This document shows, piece after piece, positions 16,151-26,402 of a DNA stretch of 32,000 nucleotides. The stretch comes from Candidatus Syntropharchaeum caldarium (GTDB taxonomy: Archaea > Halobacteriota > Syntropharchaeia > Syntropharchaeales > Syntropharchaeaceae). Below the pieces are notes generated by a model that was not told the origin of the DNA, did not search any database, and saw only the letters and a program-made list of their open reading frames with translations. The translations under genes were made by a program, and so were the position numbers. The stretch is from assembly GCA_001766815.1 (NCBI GenBank), contig LYOS01000002.1, forward strand, positions 234,577-266,576, read 5' to 3'. Positions within the stretch are counted from its first letter, which is position 1. Every line of letters begins with the position of its first letter.

Positions 16151-17704
16151 TTACAAAATCCTTCCACTTGGCAGCACCCTTTCAAGCACCATCCCCTCAA
16201 CATCTACAGGCTTCAACCTGTTTGCAAGCTTAACAGCATCTTCGAGTCTTGCTCTGCTGTCAGAGAAGATCGTGTAGATGACCTCACCTCGATCAACCTT
16301 CATCCCCATCTTCTTCTCAAGTAGTATCCCACCTCCTTTCTTTGATGGGGCACCGGCAGCCCTTGCTATCTTTACGATGCTTTTGTTGTTTATCGAGACA
16401 ACATATCCGTTTGCATCCGAGATAAGTTCTGCAGAGTATTTACCAACTTGAATTGTATCTGATGTGATATCTGGATCTCCTCCCTGTGCAGCTATAATCT
16501 CACGCATCTTCTTCAATGCCCTGCCGCTTGAGAGGATCTCTGCTGCACGATCCCTACCAGTATCAGCACGCACTCCCCCCATCTCAAGTACCATGCCTGC
16601 AAGACACACCGCCTTCTCGATAACACTGTTTGGAACACCACTTTTTCCTTCAAGTGCAGCCAGCGCCTCTTTTGCCTCAAGAAGTGGACCTATCGCCCTC
16701 CCAACAGGTTGTCCACCGTATGTAATTGCACACTCAACCACCATCCCAAGCTCTTCTGCTACAAGCATAAGATCTCTACTGTACTTCTTTGCAAGCTCAA
16801 TTGATTCCACCTTTGCGTTTGGACCCACAGGTATGTCAAGCACAAGCTTATGAACCCCACAGGACTTCTTCTTGGCGAGTATCGATGCTATGAGCTGTGG
16901 GTATGGATCTATCGTGAGTGGGTACTCTGCTCTGATGATCAGATCGTCTGCTGGAGCGATATTGACACCTCCCCCCCATACGATTGTGCCACCAACACGC
17001 TCTGCAATGTTTTTGATCTCAGGGATGGTGAAAGTAACATTAGCAAGCACCTCAAAGATGTCAGCAGTGCCACACGCACTACTTATCGCCCTTGAGCTTG
17101 TTTTAGGGATCAAAAGACCTGCCTCAGCAACGATCGGGACTACAAGGAGAGTTACTTTATTTCCAGGTACACCACCAATTGAGTGAAAGTCAAATACAGG
17201 TTCCTGGTCAAACTCGATAACATCCCCTGTCTCAACCATGGCGAGCGTGAGGTCTTTGATCTCTCTTATTGACATCCCTTTTGTGTATACCGAGCTTATG
17301 TAGGCTGCAAGTTCAATATCTGAGAGGTTTCTGTTTACAATATCTTTGATAATCTGTCTTATTTGTTGCGCGGATAGTTCCATCCCATCCATCTTGTTTT
17401 TTATGTACTCAACTGAGACCGGCTTCTCAGCAGCATGGATCTCAACCTCTGTACCCACGACCTCCTCAAGTTCAGTGATCACATTGATCGGGAGACCCAC
17501 TTCATCCTCTGCAACAATCTTTTTTGAGACGAGAACAAGTCCTGTGACTGTTTTTTTACTACCTCTCACCTTTACACGATCGTTGCTCACAACACCAAGC
17601 TCAAATGCCGCATCAGGGTGGATTACGACGAGATGCCTTGATCCTGTATCGACATCGAGCCGTTTGATCTTGAATACTTGATTCTGATCCATCAAACCCC
17701 CCAT
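16151..17704 (-). CDS. deoA: AMP phosphorylase (thymidine phosphorylase family with extra N-terminal domain)
   Basis: About 513-517 aa. It has the N-terminal ~85-aa extension typical of archaeal AMP phosphorylase, then HSIGGVPGNKVTLLVVP and KTSSRAISSACGTAD motifs. An ATG at 17692 shares its A with the rbcL TGA stop (TGATG coupling) and is an alternative start. Confidence 0.85.
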   Translation of the reverse strand: MGGLMDQNQVFKIKRLDVDTGSRHLVVIHPDAAFELGVVSNDRVKVRGSKKTVTGLVLVSKKIVAEDEVGLPINVITELEEVVGTEVEIHAAEKPVSVEYIKNKMDGMELSAQQIRQIIKDIVNRNLSDIELAAYISSVYTKGMSIREIKDLTLAMVETGDVIEFDQEPVFDFHSIGGVPGNKVTLLVVPIVAEAGLLIPKTSSRAISSACGTADIFEVLANVTFTIPEIKNIAERVGGTIVWGGGVNIAPADDLIIRAEYPLTIDPYPQLIASILAKKKSCGVHKLVLDIPVGPNAKVESIELAKKYSRDLMLVAEELGMVVECAITYGGQPVGRAIGPLLEAKEALAALEGKSGVPNSVIEKAVCLAGMVLEMGGVRADTGRDRAAEILSSGRALKKMREIIAAQGGDPDITSDTIQVGKYSAELISDANGYVVSINNKSIVKIARAAGAPSKKGGGILLEKKMGMKVDRGEVIYTIFSDSRARLEDAVKLANRLKPVDVEGMVLERVLPSGRIL

Positions 17705-18927
17705 TTCTCAAGTGCAAGTCTGAGAGCCTCATGATCTGCTGCATACTCTTCCAGCGCCACTCCTTTAACTGATGCATCCACTGCCTCACAGATCGCTTTT
17801 GCACCTTCCCGAACGCCACCTGGATGTCCTGAGACACCTCCTCCTGCCTGAATCTGAATGTCATAACCGCCGATTGCTATAATTGCCGGGATAAGTCCTG
17901 GATGAATACCTCCAGAACATACGGGCACAACCGCTTTGAAATTGCCGAACGGTTCGATCAGTGCGTTTTGAGAGCGTTTATCCTCTAAATCAGATCCATG
18001 CATCTTCCCTACACCAAACGTTCCGATATGGAGCGCATCCCCACCACAGAGTCTGACAAGCCTTGCAATAACGGTCATTGCGATTCCGTGATCTGGATTT
18101 CTCGTGAGTGCTCCATGCATTGTCCTGTGGACATGGATCGGAAGATTTATAGATGGATCTTCCCGCAGGATTCGCACAGCATCAAATCCACACGTCAGCA
18201 CATCAACCATGATCTGGCGTGCACCATTTGCCATGGCAAGTTCTGCAAACTCGATGATCTTATCATGGGGTGAACTGACGTTGATTGCATGGATCATCCG
18301 ATTTCCCGCCTCATCAAAGACACGATCAAGTGCATCAGCGACTGCACTGGTTCGATCGGCAAGTGGGCAGAAGTCCTGGTCAACAAGCGTTTCATCATCT
18401 TTTGAGTTTGTAAGACCTCCCATACCTGCCTCATAGACATAGTCTGCAAACTTGCGGGGTGGCAGTCCGATCTTTGGTTTAACGATGGTACCGATAAATG
18501 GCTTATCTGGTCGATCGAGCAGTTTTCGTAGTCCTTTTATTCCAAATGCTGGACCTGGAAAGTGTTTTGCAAAAGCTTCTGGTATCCTGACATCTTCAAG
18601 TCGCACACCTTTAAGATCTTCAAGCCCAAAGAGGTTACCCGCAACAACACTCAAAAACTGCGGTATACCACCTCCTGCTGGATCAAAGTCTGCAAGCGGA
18701 TATGCAATCCTGACGATATCCCCATCGATCTCAATCACCTTGGCACCGAGTTCGGCGATGATCTCATGGGATGTTGTCGAGATGTCTGTCCAGGTTCCTG
18801 TCGACTCTTCAGCAGCGATTGCACGGGCTGCCTTCTTCATTTCAAGATCTGTTTTTACCCTGTATGTTGTCAGGATGTATCCCTCAGGATCGATCTTTTC
18901 TCCGATTGCAATATACGGTTCATCCAT
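17692..18927 (-). CDS. rbcL: Form III ribulose-1,5-bisphosphate carboxylase/oxygenase large subunit
   Basis: 411 aa with the catalytic motifs intact: AAEESTGTWT, VAGNLFG, GTIVKPKIGL, GGLTNSKDDET, IHVHRTMHGA, ALHIGTFGVGKMHG, CSGGIHPG, QAGGGVSGHPGG. Confidence 0.9.
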   Translation of the reverse strand: MDEPYIAIGEKIDPEGYILTTYRVKTDLEMKKAARAIAAEESTGTWTDISTTSHEIIAELGAKVIEIDGDIVRIAYPLADFDPAGGGIPQFLSVVAGNLFGLEDLKGVRLEDVRIPEAFAKHFPGPAFGIKGLRKLLDRPDKPFIGTIVKPKIGLPPRKFADYVYEAGMGGLTNSKDDETLVDQDFCPLADRTSAVADALDRVFDEAGNRMIHAINVSSPHDKIIEFAELAMANGARQIMVDVLTCGFDAVRILREDPSINLPIHVHRTMHGALTRNPDHGIAMTVIARLVRLCGGDALHIGTFGVGKMHGSDLEDKRSQNALIEPFGNFKAVVPVCSGGIHPGLIPAIIAIGGYDIQIQAGGGVSGHPGGVREGAKAICEAVDASVKGVALEEYAADHEALRLALEKWGV

Positions 18928-18931
18928 TTCT

Positions 18932-19837
18932 TCATCTCTCCTCGAATTTCTTTATGATATCGTAAGCTGCGAATGGTGAGATAACCCCCATTTCTGTCAC
19001 GATCGAATCGATGTACCTGGGTGGTGTCTGGTCAAATACAGGATTCTTTATCTTAACATCGAGACCCTCAAACTCGGCGACGTCAACGATCTCAGATGGG
19101 TCTCGCTCCTCTATCTCAACGATCCTGCCCATGGCGGTCTCTCTTGAGAATTTGTATCCTTCAGCACAGACAAGCACGGGAACTCTTGCTTCGTTGGCTG
19201 CAAGTGCAACCAGCGAGGTTCCAATCTTGTTTATAACAACACCGTTTGATGCAACGGTATCAGCACCAATTATAACAATATCAACCTTCTGCATGAAAAA
19301 TCGCACTGCGGAATCCACGATCAGCGTAACTGGAATACCATTCTCTGCAAGTGTTCTTGCCGTGATGCGCCCCTGATATCTGGGACGGGTCTCTGTTGCA
19401 TACACACTGATCTGTTTCCCCTCCTCATGTGCCTTTATAATGGTTCTGATCGCAGCAGTGCTGTTGCAGTGAGTGAGAATCACATCACCATCAACGATTC
19501 TGTGAGACCCCATCGTTGCAATTTGCTCTATTGCAGCAATGGAAGCCTCAACAAAATCATCGACGGCTTTAACCAGATTAGCCCTTATCTCTTCGATCGA
19601 TTCACCTGTTGCCCTACGCATCACGTACGACAGTGCATTAGATAGTGATATCGCGGTAGGACGTGTATTTTTTAACTCATTGCATCCCTCTCTCAGGGCT
19701 TTGAGATAAAGTTCAGTTGATTCTGCATCGATACTGAGCGCATATTCTTTCAGGGCCATGACCGCGCATCTTGCGATCTTGCCTGCCCCTCTGATCTCCA
19801 TATTCTTGATTTTCGATGCGGTTTCCTCGATTGACAC
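18932..19837 (-). CDS. Ribose-1,5-bisphosphate isomerase (eIF-2B alpha/beta/delta family)
   Basis: KNMEIRGAGKIARCAV near the N-terminus and ATETRPRYQGRITA...ADTVASNGVVINKIGT fit the e2b2 family. The longest ORF starts at GTG 19927. GTG 19837 or ATG 19801 are likelier starts, so the 5' end is uncertain. Confidence 0.8.
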   Translation of the reverse strand: MSIEETASKIKNMEIRGAGKIARCAVMALKEYALSIDAESTELYLKALREGCNELKNTRPTAISLSNALSYVMRRATGESIEEIRANLVKAVDDFVEASIAAIEQIATMGSHRIVDGDVILTHCNSTAAIRTIIKAHEEGKQISVYATETRPRYQGRITARTLAENGIPVTLIVDSAVRFFMQKVDIVIIGADTVASNGVVINKIGTSLVALAANEARVPVLVCAEGYKFSRETAMGRIVEIEERDPSEIVDVAEFEGLDVKIKNPVFDQTPPRYIDSIVTEMGVISPFAAYDIIKKFEER

Positions 19838-20120
19838 AATATAAATTAGGTGTCTGCGAGCATAAGGCTTTTTTGTTGTTGGTAGATGCCCATCGCGCGC
19901 ATTTACATATCCTATTAGTCTGTGCACTCTGCCGTTTGCAAAGTTTTATAAGTGGTGGTAGAAGATGGATGATAGTGGTGATGAGGTCCACCTTGGTTTA
20001 TGCCAAAACCGCTACAGCTAATGACTTCTAAATAAAAGATGCCAAGGTGAGAAGATGTATATGTTATTGCTTATTGGAATTGGAGGAATTTTTTCCTGAT
20101 GATTTCAACTGAGTAAAGTG

Positions 20121-22661
20121 TCAAGTATGGGTTAGACGAGTCTTCTCCACAAATTTCATCCACTCAACCACAACAAGCGTTGATAATCCAACCAGGATCA
20201 TCAACACCCAATCACCAGGATCAAGTCCCACCGTATGAAACGCACCCTGCAGGAATGGGAGGTATATCACGATAAGCTGGAGCAGGATCGTGCTTGAGAC
20301 GGCAAGTATCAGCGGTTTATTCGTCAGAAAACCAAGTTTGAAGATCGATTCCTTATCAGAGCGCCAGTTGAAGACATTGAACATCTCAGAGATTACAATT
20401 GTCGTGAAAACCATGGTCTGAGCTTTTTCAGGATCTGCGAGATGGAATATGAAAGATCCCTGTATCGCAACAAGAAGTCCAATGACGATCCCATAGAACA
20501 GTACGCGGCGGGTGAATATTCCTTCCTCCTTCCTCCTTGGGGGTTCTCGCATAATGTTATATCCTGGACGCTCTGTAGATAGCGCGATCGGTGGGATTCC
20601 ATCGGTCAGGAGATTGATCCAGAGTATCTGGACTGCAGGAAGTGGAAATCCTTTCACTGATACGAGATCCTCGAAGAAGAGGAACGCAAAAAGAACGAGA
20701 AGAATCTCACCGATGTGGCATGATAACCCATAGGTGAAGAAGTTCCTGATATTCCTGAATATCGTTCTTCCCTCTTCGACAGCAGCAACGATCGAGCTGA
20801 AGTTATCGTCCATGAGTATGATATCAGATGCCTCTTTCGCAACATCGGTCCCGGTTATCCCCATCGAGATCCCGATATCGGCCTTCTTGAGTGCAGGCGC
20901 ATCATTGACACCATCCCCTGTCATTGCAACGATATGCCCCCGTGCTTTCAATGCATCGATCACCTTGAGCTTGTGAAACGGTGAGACCCTTGCATAGACT
21001 GTAACATCCTCAGCAATCCTTTCAAGCTCATCCTCACCCATTAAATCAAGCATGGCACCTGTAACTATCTCACCCTTATCCTGCATCCCAATTTCTCTGG
21101 CGATGGCTGTCGCGGTTATCGGATTATCACCCGTTATCATCAGCGTCTTTATACCAGCCTCTCTACATCTCGCAATCGCTTTCTTTACTCCCTCTCTTGG
21201 CGGATCGATCATCCCCACAAGACCAAGAAATACCATATCGCTCTCTAAGTTAGAATCATCTACTTTCACGCTTTTATATGAGAACGCAAGTACCCTCAGC
21301 GCATCTCCTGCCATACTCGCTGCGTTCTTCAGTACCTCTTCTTTTTCAGATTCACTCAACCTGCAACAGGAAAGTATCACCTCACAGGCGCCCTTTGAAA
21401 AGGCATAGACCCCGTTCTCGCACCTGTTGACCGTCGTCATCATCTTACGCTCGGATGAGAAAGGGATCTCATCGATCCGCTCACACTTCTCGTCAAGCAG
21501 ATCTTTCGTGAAGCCGCCTTTTTCGGCAAGAACGAGTAAAGCACCCTCGGTCGAATCTCCAACGATCTTCCATCCATCCTCCTCCTTTCGAAGGTGTGCA
21601 TTATTACAGAGTGAACCTGCCATAAGAAGCAGTTCGAGGTCGTGATTGAGTTTCTCATCCTCATATAGGAGTATCTCCCCCTCTGGTGTATAACCCACGC
21701 CTGTAACCTCGATCATCCTCCCCTTCAGGTAGATCTTTCTAACCGTCATCTCACCCTCTGTGAGCGTTCCCGTCTTGTCGGTGCAGATCACAGAGGTTGA
21801 TCCGAGCGTCTCAACACTCAGGAGTCGCCTTACAAGTGCATTCCGTGATGCCATCCGTCTGAGCCCAAGTGCAAGTGCGATCGTGATAACCGCGGGAAGC
21901 GCCTCAGGAACGGCTGCAACAGCAAGCGCAATACCCAGGACAAAGATCTCAACCGGTGGCGCCCCTCGAAGAAGTCCGACTGATGCAACAACTGCACATA
22001 CAATGATGGTAAGCACGCCAAGCCACTTTCCAAGTCTATCTATCTCATGCTGGAGTGGGGTCTCCTCGTCATCGATTGCCTGAAGTGCACCTGCGATCTT
22101 CCCAAACTCAGTCTTCATCCCGGTCGCTGTGACAATTCCCTCGCCCCTTCCATGAAGCACAGTTGTACCCATGAAGACGGTGTCACCAGCCACCTTTGAT
22201 ACAGGCTCAGACTCACCCGTGAGTGGCGATTCATCGAGTTTCAGATCGACTGCCCGTATAAGACGCATATCTGCTGCAACCTTACTTCCTGTATCAAGCA
22301 GTAGAAGATCACCTGGGACAACAAAGGTGGAATCAATCTCAATTTCTTTGCCATCCCTCACAACAACCGCCTTTGGCGATGCCATTCTTTTAAGCGCCTG
22401 GATAGCCCCTTCTGCACGCATCTCCTGAATATACCCGAGTACACCTGAGAATAGGACGATTAAAAGAATTATAATGGCGTCTGTCACCTCTTCGGTTACA
22501 ACCGCAGATACAACCGCTGCGATGATTAAAATAACGATTAAAAAGCTTTTAAACTGTGATAGAAAAATTAAAAGGCGCGATCTTCGCTTCTCTTCGGTAA
22601 TCTCATTTCTTCCGTAAACTTCAAGCCTTCTTTCTGCTTCGATCTGGCTTAACCCAGACAC
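20121..22661 (-). CDS. P-type cation-transporting ATPase (P2, Ca2+-ATPase-like)
   Basis: 846 aa with the motifs TGES, ICTDKTGTLT, MITGDN, TGDGVNDAPALKKADIG, a TM4 PEALP and a TM6 NLLTDG. GTG start overlaps the upstream aminotransferase stop by 13 nt. Confidence 0.9.
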   Translation of the reverse strand: MSGLSQIEAERRLEVYGRNEITEEKRRSRLLIFLSQFKSFLIVILIIAAVVSAVVTEEVTDAIIILLIVLFSGVLGYIQEMRAEGAIQALKRMASPKAVVVRDGKEIEIDSTFVVPGDLLLLDTGSKVAADMRLIRAVDLKLDESPLTGESEPVSKVAGDTVFMGTTVLHGRGEGIVTATGMKTEFGKIAGALQAIDDEETPLQHEIDRLGKWLGVLTIIVCAVVASVGLLRGAPPVEIFVLGIALAVAAVPEALPAVITIALALGLRRMASRNALVRRLLSVETLGSTSVICTDKTGTLTEGEMTVRKIYLKGRMIEVTGVGYTPEGEILLYEDEKLNHDLELLLMAGSLCNNAHLRKEEDGWKIVGDSTEGALLVLAEKGGFTKDLLDEKCERIDEIPFSSERKMMTTVNRCENGVYAFSKGACEVILSCCRLSESEKEEVLKNAASMAGDALRVLAFSYKSVKVDDSNLESDMVFLGLVGMIDPPREGVKKAIARCREAGIKTLMITGDNPITATAIAREIGMQDKGEIVTGAMLDLMGEDELERIAEDVTVYARVSPFHKLKVIDALKARGHIVAMTGDGVNDAPALKKADIGISMGITGTDVAKEASDIILMDDNFSSIVAAVEEGRTIFRNIRNFFTYGLSCHIGEILLVLFAFLFFEDLVSVKGFPLPAVQILWINLLTDGIPPIALSTERPGYNIMREPPRRKEEGIFTRRVLFYGIVIGLLVAIQGSFIFHLADPEKAQTMVFTTIVISEMFNVFNWRSDKESIFKLGFLTNKPLILAVSSTILLQLIVIYLPFLQGAFHTVGLDPGDWVLMILVGLSTLVVVEWMKFVEKTRLTHT

Positions 22662-23773
22662 GTCTTCATACCCTCAAGCCCAAGCCGTATCTGATCGATC
22701 GAAGTCGCATACGAGATCCTGATGAATGAATCGCTCTCTGGACCAAACGCGCCGCCTGGAGTTACGATGACATGTGCCTTGTTGAGTAAATCCTCTGCAA
22801 CCCTCTCACCGCCACCAAATGCGCCGACATCTGCAAATACATAGAATGCACCTGCTGGTCTCTGGCATGGAATACCGATCTCATTCAGACCTTCAACGAT
22901 CAGATCTCTTCGTTCTCTGAATCGATTTACCATCTGCTCGACACAGCTTTGATCACCTGATATAGCCTCGATCGCCCCATACTGGGCAAATGAAGTGGCA
23001 CAGGTTGTTGAGTGCTGTTGTAAGCGTTTTACAGCCGAAGCAACCTCTTCTGGAGCTGCTAAATATCCCACCCGCCATCCAGTCATCGCATAGGTCTTTG
23101 AGAAGCCGTTTATCGTGATCGTTCGCTCATCCATACCATCGAACGATCCGATGCTGAGATGTTTCTTCTCATAGATCAGTTTCTCATAGATCTCATCTGA
23201 TACAACGGTTATGTCATGGTCTATCGCAAGATCTGCGATCATCTTAAGCTCTTTTCTGTCAAGCACATATCCTGCAGGGTTGTTCGGTGAGTTTATGAGG
23301 ATGAGCTTTGTTTTTTGAGTTATGGCATCACCGATGCGGTCAAACCGTGTCCAGACAACTTTTCCACCTGCAAGGTTTACACAGGCGGGGTACGTGACCC
23401 AGGAAGGATCAATGAGAATCACCTCATCTCCATCATCGATAATTGAGTTGATCACAGCGTAGATCGCATACTTTGCACCAGGGGTTATCACGACATTATC
23501 GGGTACGAGATTGAGGTTGTTCTCCTGCTTGAGCTTTCTGGCAACTGCCTCTTTCAACTCGGGCAGCCCACCACTTGGAAGATAATGCGTGAAACCAGCA
23601 TCCATCGCACGTTTTGCTGCATCAACGATGTGAGATGGAGTGTCAAAGTCGGGTTCACCGAAGCTGAAGTTAACAACATTCTTCCCCTCGCTCTTCAATC
23701 TGTTGGATATATCGATCAGTCTGATCGTTGCAGACTCGCTAACACCTGAAATTCTGCCTGAAAGTTTCATCAA
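22649..23773 (-). CDS. Class I pyridoxal-phosphate aminotransferase (aspartate aminotransferase-like)
   Basis: 374 aa with LILINSPNNPAGYV and the PLP-lysine context NGFSKTYAMTGWRVGY. Confidence 0.85.
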   Translation of the reverse strand: MMKLSGRISGVSESATIRLIDISNRLKSEGKNVVNFSFGEPDFDTPSHIVDAAKRAMDAGFTHYLPSGGLPELKEAVARKLKQENNLNLVPDNVVITPGAKYAIYAVINSIIDDGDEVILIDPSWVTYPACVNLAGGKVVWTRFDRIGDAITQKTKLILINSPNNPAGYVLDRKELKMIADLAIDHDITVVSDEIYEKLIYEKKHLSIGSFDGMDERTITINGFSKTYAMTGWRVGYLAAPEEVASAVKRLQQHSTTCATSFAQYGAIEAISGDQSCVEQMVNRFRERRDLIVEGLNEIGIPCQRPAGAFYVFADVGAFGGGERVAEDLLNKAHVIVTPGGAFGPESDSFIRISYATSIDQIRLGLEGMKTCLG

Positions 23774-23784
23774 TGTTGCTCCTG

Positions 23785-24969
23785 CTATGCTTTGAGTTTA
23801 CCAGCTCGAGGATCGAAGATGCAGGTTGGATCCTCCTCAAAGAGATCACCTCTGTAAAAGTAGGCTTTCTGCCTGCACCCTCCACAGACATCTTTGTACT
23901 CACAGATTCCACATCCACCTTTCAGGTGTTTTTTCATCTCCCTGAGCTTTATGAGTGCATCACACGGATGATCCTTCCAGATATCCCTGAAGCTTTGCTC
24001 CCTGATATTTCCAAGATGCTGGTGCGGCGTGAAGTGGCAAGGGCTGACATTACCAAGATGATCAATATTTGCAACCTTCTTACCGATCGAACAACCACCA
24101 GAGACTGCCATCAGCTTTCTTGCAATATCAAACCGCTCTGGATCTTCCTTCTTCAGGCGTTCGAGGATATAAACCCCATCCATCGGTGAATCAGTCGTCA
24201 AAATCTCGATCTCCTTATCCTGTAGCTCGATCGCCTTATCATAGAGATATTCAAGCACCTTGATCCGCTCCTGTGGCGTGATGTCCCAGTCAGCGATATC
24301 TGTTCCTCTTCCGGTTGGAACCAGATGATAGAGGCAGAATCTTGGGACCCCCATCTCAACTGCAAGATCGAGCAGCGCTGGCACCTCCTTCCAGTTGCTT
24401 TTGCTTATCGTGATTCTGAAGCCTGTTTTAAGCCCTGCATCCATCGCATTCTTTATCCCCGTAATTGCCTGTTCCCATGCACCATCGACTCCTCGAAACT
24501 CATCGTGAAGCTCCGGATCTGCGGCATCGAGGCTCACTCCCACATACAGGATGTCAGCCTTCTTCATCTCACGTGCAATTTCAGGCGTTATTACCGTTCC
24601 GTTTGTAGATACAACCATCCTTAGCCCTTTTTCCTTTGCATAGCGAGCAAATGGAAGAAAATTTTTGCTCATCAACGGCTCTCCACCCGTAACTATTGCC
24701 ACAGGTATCCCAAGTTCCACAAACTCATCGATCAGCCGCTTTCCCTCCTCCTCGGTGAGCTCATCAGGATGTGGGCCAAGCTGTGCATCGAGGTAGCAGT
24801 GTTTGCACTCCAGATTGCACGCACGGGTGATATTCCACATGACAACAGGAGTCTCCTCTGATGAGAAGCGTATGAGATCATCCGGCACCTCACACGATGC
24901 AATCTCACGCGCCCTTACAGCATCCCATACAGTTCCCTTATCCGCCAGAATTTTTGAAAATACAATCAT
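23785..24969 (-). CDS. Radical SAM/SPASM enzyme, AhbC/AhbD/NirJ-like (alternative haem biosynthesis)
   Basis: 394 aa with the radical SAM cluster motif CNLECKHC and the C-terminal Cys cluster CGICEYKDVCGGC...(x17)...C. It shows a 4-nt ATGA overlap with hemD upstream. The subfamily call is tentative. Confidence 0.6.
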   Translation of the reverse strand: MIVFSKILADKGTVWDAVRAREIASCEVPDDLIRFSSEETPVVMWNITRACNLECKHCYLDAQLGPHPDELTEEEGKRLIDEFVELGIPVAIVTGGEPLMSKNFLPFARYAKEKGLRMVVSTNGTVITPEIAREMKKADILYVGVSLDAADPELHDEFRGVDGAWEQAITGIKNAMDAGLKTGFRITISKSNWKEVPALLDLAVEMGVPRFCLYHLVPTGRGTDIADWDITPQERIKVLEYLYDKAIELQDKEIEILTTDSPMDGVYILERLKKEDPERFDIARKLMAVSGGCSIGKKVANIDHLGNVSPCHFTPHQHLGNIREQSFRDIWKDHPCDALIKLREMKKHLKGGCGICEYKDVCGGCRQKAYFYRGDLFEEDPTCIFDPRAGKLKA

Positions 24970-25754
24970 ACTCCAATCCTCTCACTGATCTCATCGATCA
25001 TCGCATCAAATAACGCACGTTCAGGCATAATATCAACCTTAACACCCAGCTCCTCCACTACATTAGCTGTAGGTTCTCCAATTACTGCGACAATAATCTC
25101 GTTCAACCTTTCACACACCTTCTCTTTCAATCCAAGTTCTTCTGCAGTTTCAAAGAAATTTTTAACGGTTTGTGCACTTGTAAATGTAGCAACATCAACT
25201 TTTCCGTCTGCAATTGCCTTAATAAGATCACGTTGCAGATCTCCAACAGGACGAACAATTTTGTAGACCTTGATCTCATGAAGATCTGCACCTGCACGTG
25301 TAAGCTCATTGGTCAGGACACTGCTACCATGATCAGACCTCACGATCTCGACAGTTTTACCCTCGACCATCGGGGTAAGAAGCTCGACAAGTCCAGATGA
25401 TGTATAGGTCTTATCTGGCATCAGATCTGGATTGATCCCTGATCGTTCAAGCCCCTTTGCGGTGCGAGGACCCATCGAGACCACCATGATCTGAGATCCA
25501 TTGAGGGCTGATACAAATCCCGCTTCTCTGTCTTTACCGACCTTTCTGAGCATGAACCTGACACCGTTGACCGATGTGAGGATCACAAAGTCTGTGAGAC
25601 CGTCGATCACGCGCTTGTAGAAAGCTTCAAATGCGGGTTCATCCCGTTCACAAACTGCAACCATCGGAGCAGCAATGACCTCGAAGCCTCTCGATCGTGC
25701 AAGCTCAACAGATTCTTCAAGATGTTCTTCTGGCCGTGTAATAGCGATCTTCAT
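24966..25754 (-). CDS. hemD: Uroporphyrinogen-III synthase
   Basis: 262 aa in the HEM4-family pattern (MKIAITRP...DFVILTSVNGVRF...VDVATFTSAQTVKNF). It is coupled to the haem radical SAM gene. Confidence 0.75.
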   Translation of the reverse strand: MKIAITRPEEHLEESVELARSRGFEVIAAPMVAVCERDEPAFEAFYKRVIDGLTDFVILTSVNGVRFMLRKVGKDREAGFVSALNGSQIMVVSMGPRTAKGLERSGINPDLMPDKTYTSSGLVELLTPMVEGKTVEIVRSDHGSSVLTNELTRAGADLHEIKVYKIVRPVGDLQRDLIKAIADGKVDVATFTSAQTVKNFFETAEELGLKEKVCERLNEIIVAVIGEPTANVVEELGVKVDIMPERALFDAMIDEISERIGV

Positions 25755-25818
25755 CGATGCACCTGATCAGAGAGTTTTTACATATCTGAGCTTAAAAGAC
25801 TTCCCTGTCTCCACCATG

Positions 25819-26394
25819 CTAAAAACCTGTCCACTTAACTCTCCTGCCCTCGCACCTTGCTGATATTACAGCCTCAGAGAGGTTCATATTCGCCGGAACC
25901 TCAAAGCATATCCACCCTTCCCGCGTCACATTGGGGTAGATCTTATCTGTTGTCAGTGGATCGTAGTGCGTCCTGCCCCCTTCGCAGCGCCAGTTCTTCT
26001 TGGGTCGAACCACATCACCGAGATAGTGGAGTCGCATATCTATTAAAAGCGGGAGATGCTCAGGAACCTTCCCGACATTCTTCACACGGACAAGCGCCAG
26101 CAGATAGGCTGCACCCTCCTCTGCAAAATTGCTCTCAAGAAGTTCACATTCAGCTATCGTTGTATTTAAGTTTCCTGTATTGACGTACTCTCCCTTTGTG
26201 GCAGTATTTGAGAGAAGAGGAGAGAGAAGATCTGCAAAGCCATCTATCGCGAGATTTGTGTAATACTTAATCTCTGCAATACCTGTCTCAAGCGCATTGT
26301 TCAATGGAGCAAGTTCTTCTCTATCAAGATTAAGATAAACGATCCCTGCAAGTGCAATGATCACGATAACTGCAACAACATTCTCTGCTTTCAT
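25819..26394 (-). CDS. Membrane-anchored extracytoplasmic protein, DUF4352-like beta-sandwich
   Basis: 191 aa with one N-terminal TM helix. The C-terminal LLALVRVKNVGKVPEHL...GWICFEVPANMNL resembles DUF4352. Low-confidence family call. Confidence 0.4.
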   Translation of the reverse strand: MKAENVVAVIVIIALAGIVYLNLDREELAPLNNALETGIAEIKYYTNLAIDGFADLLSPLLSNTATKGEYVNTGNLNTTIAECELLESNFAEEGAAYLLALVRVKNVGKVPEHLPLLIDMRLHYLGDVVRPKKNWRCEGGRTHYDPLTTDKIYPNVTREGWICFEVPANMNLSEAVISARCEGRRVKWTGF

Positions 26395-26402
26395 GGTTTC
26401 TA

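Noticed and set aside
17692-18927. Possibility that the short 411-aa RuBisCO homolog is a form IV RuBisCO-like protein
   Set aside because: The KPK, KDDE, HRxMH, GKxxG, SGG and GGGxxGHP motifs all appear intact, and the gene sits between AMP phosphorylase and R15P isomerase.
19928-20120. Intergenic region screened for a tRNA or C/D-box sRNA (GTGATGA near 19975; CTGATGA...CTGA near 20096-20115)
   Set aside because: The box-like elements are either about 120 nt apart or only 6 nt apart. No matching D'/C' pair or terminal stem exists. No cloverleaf could be folded by eye.
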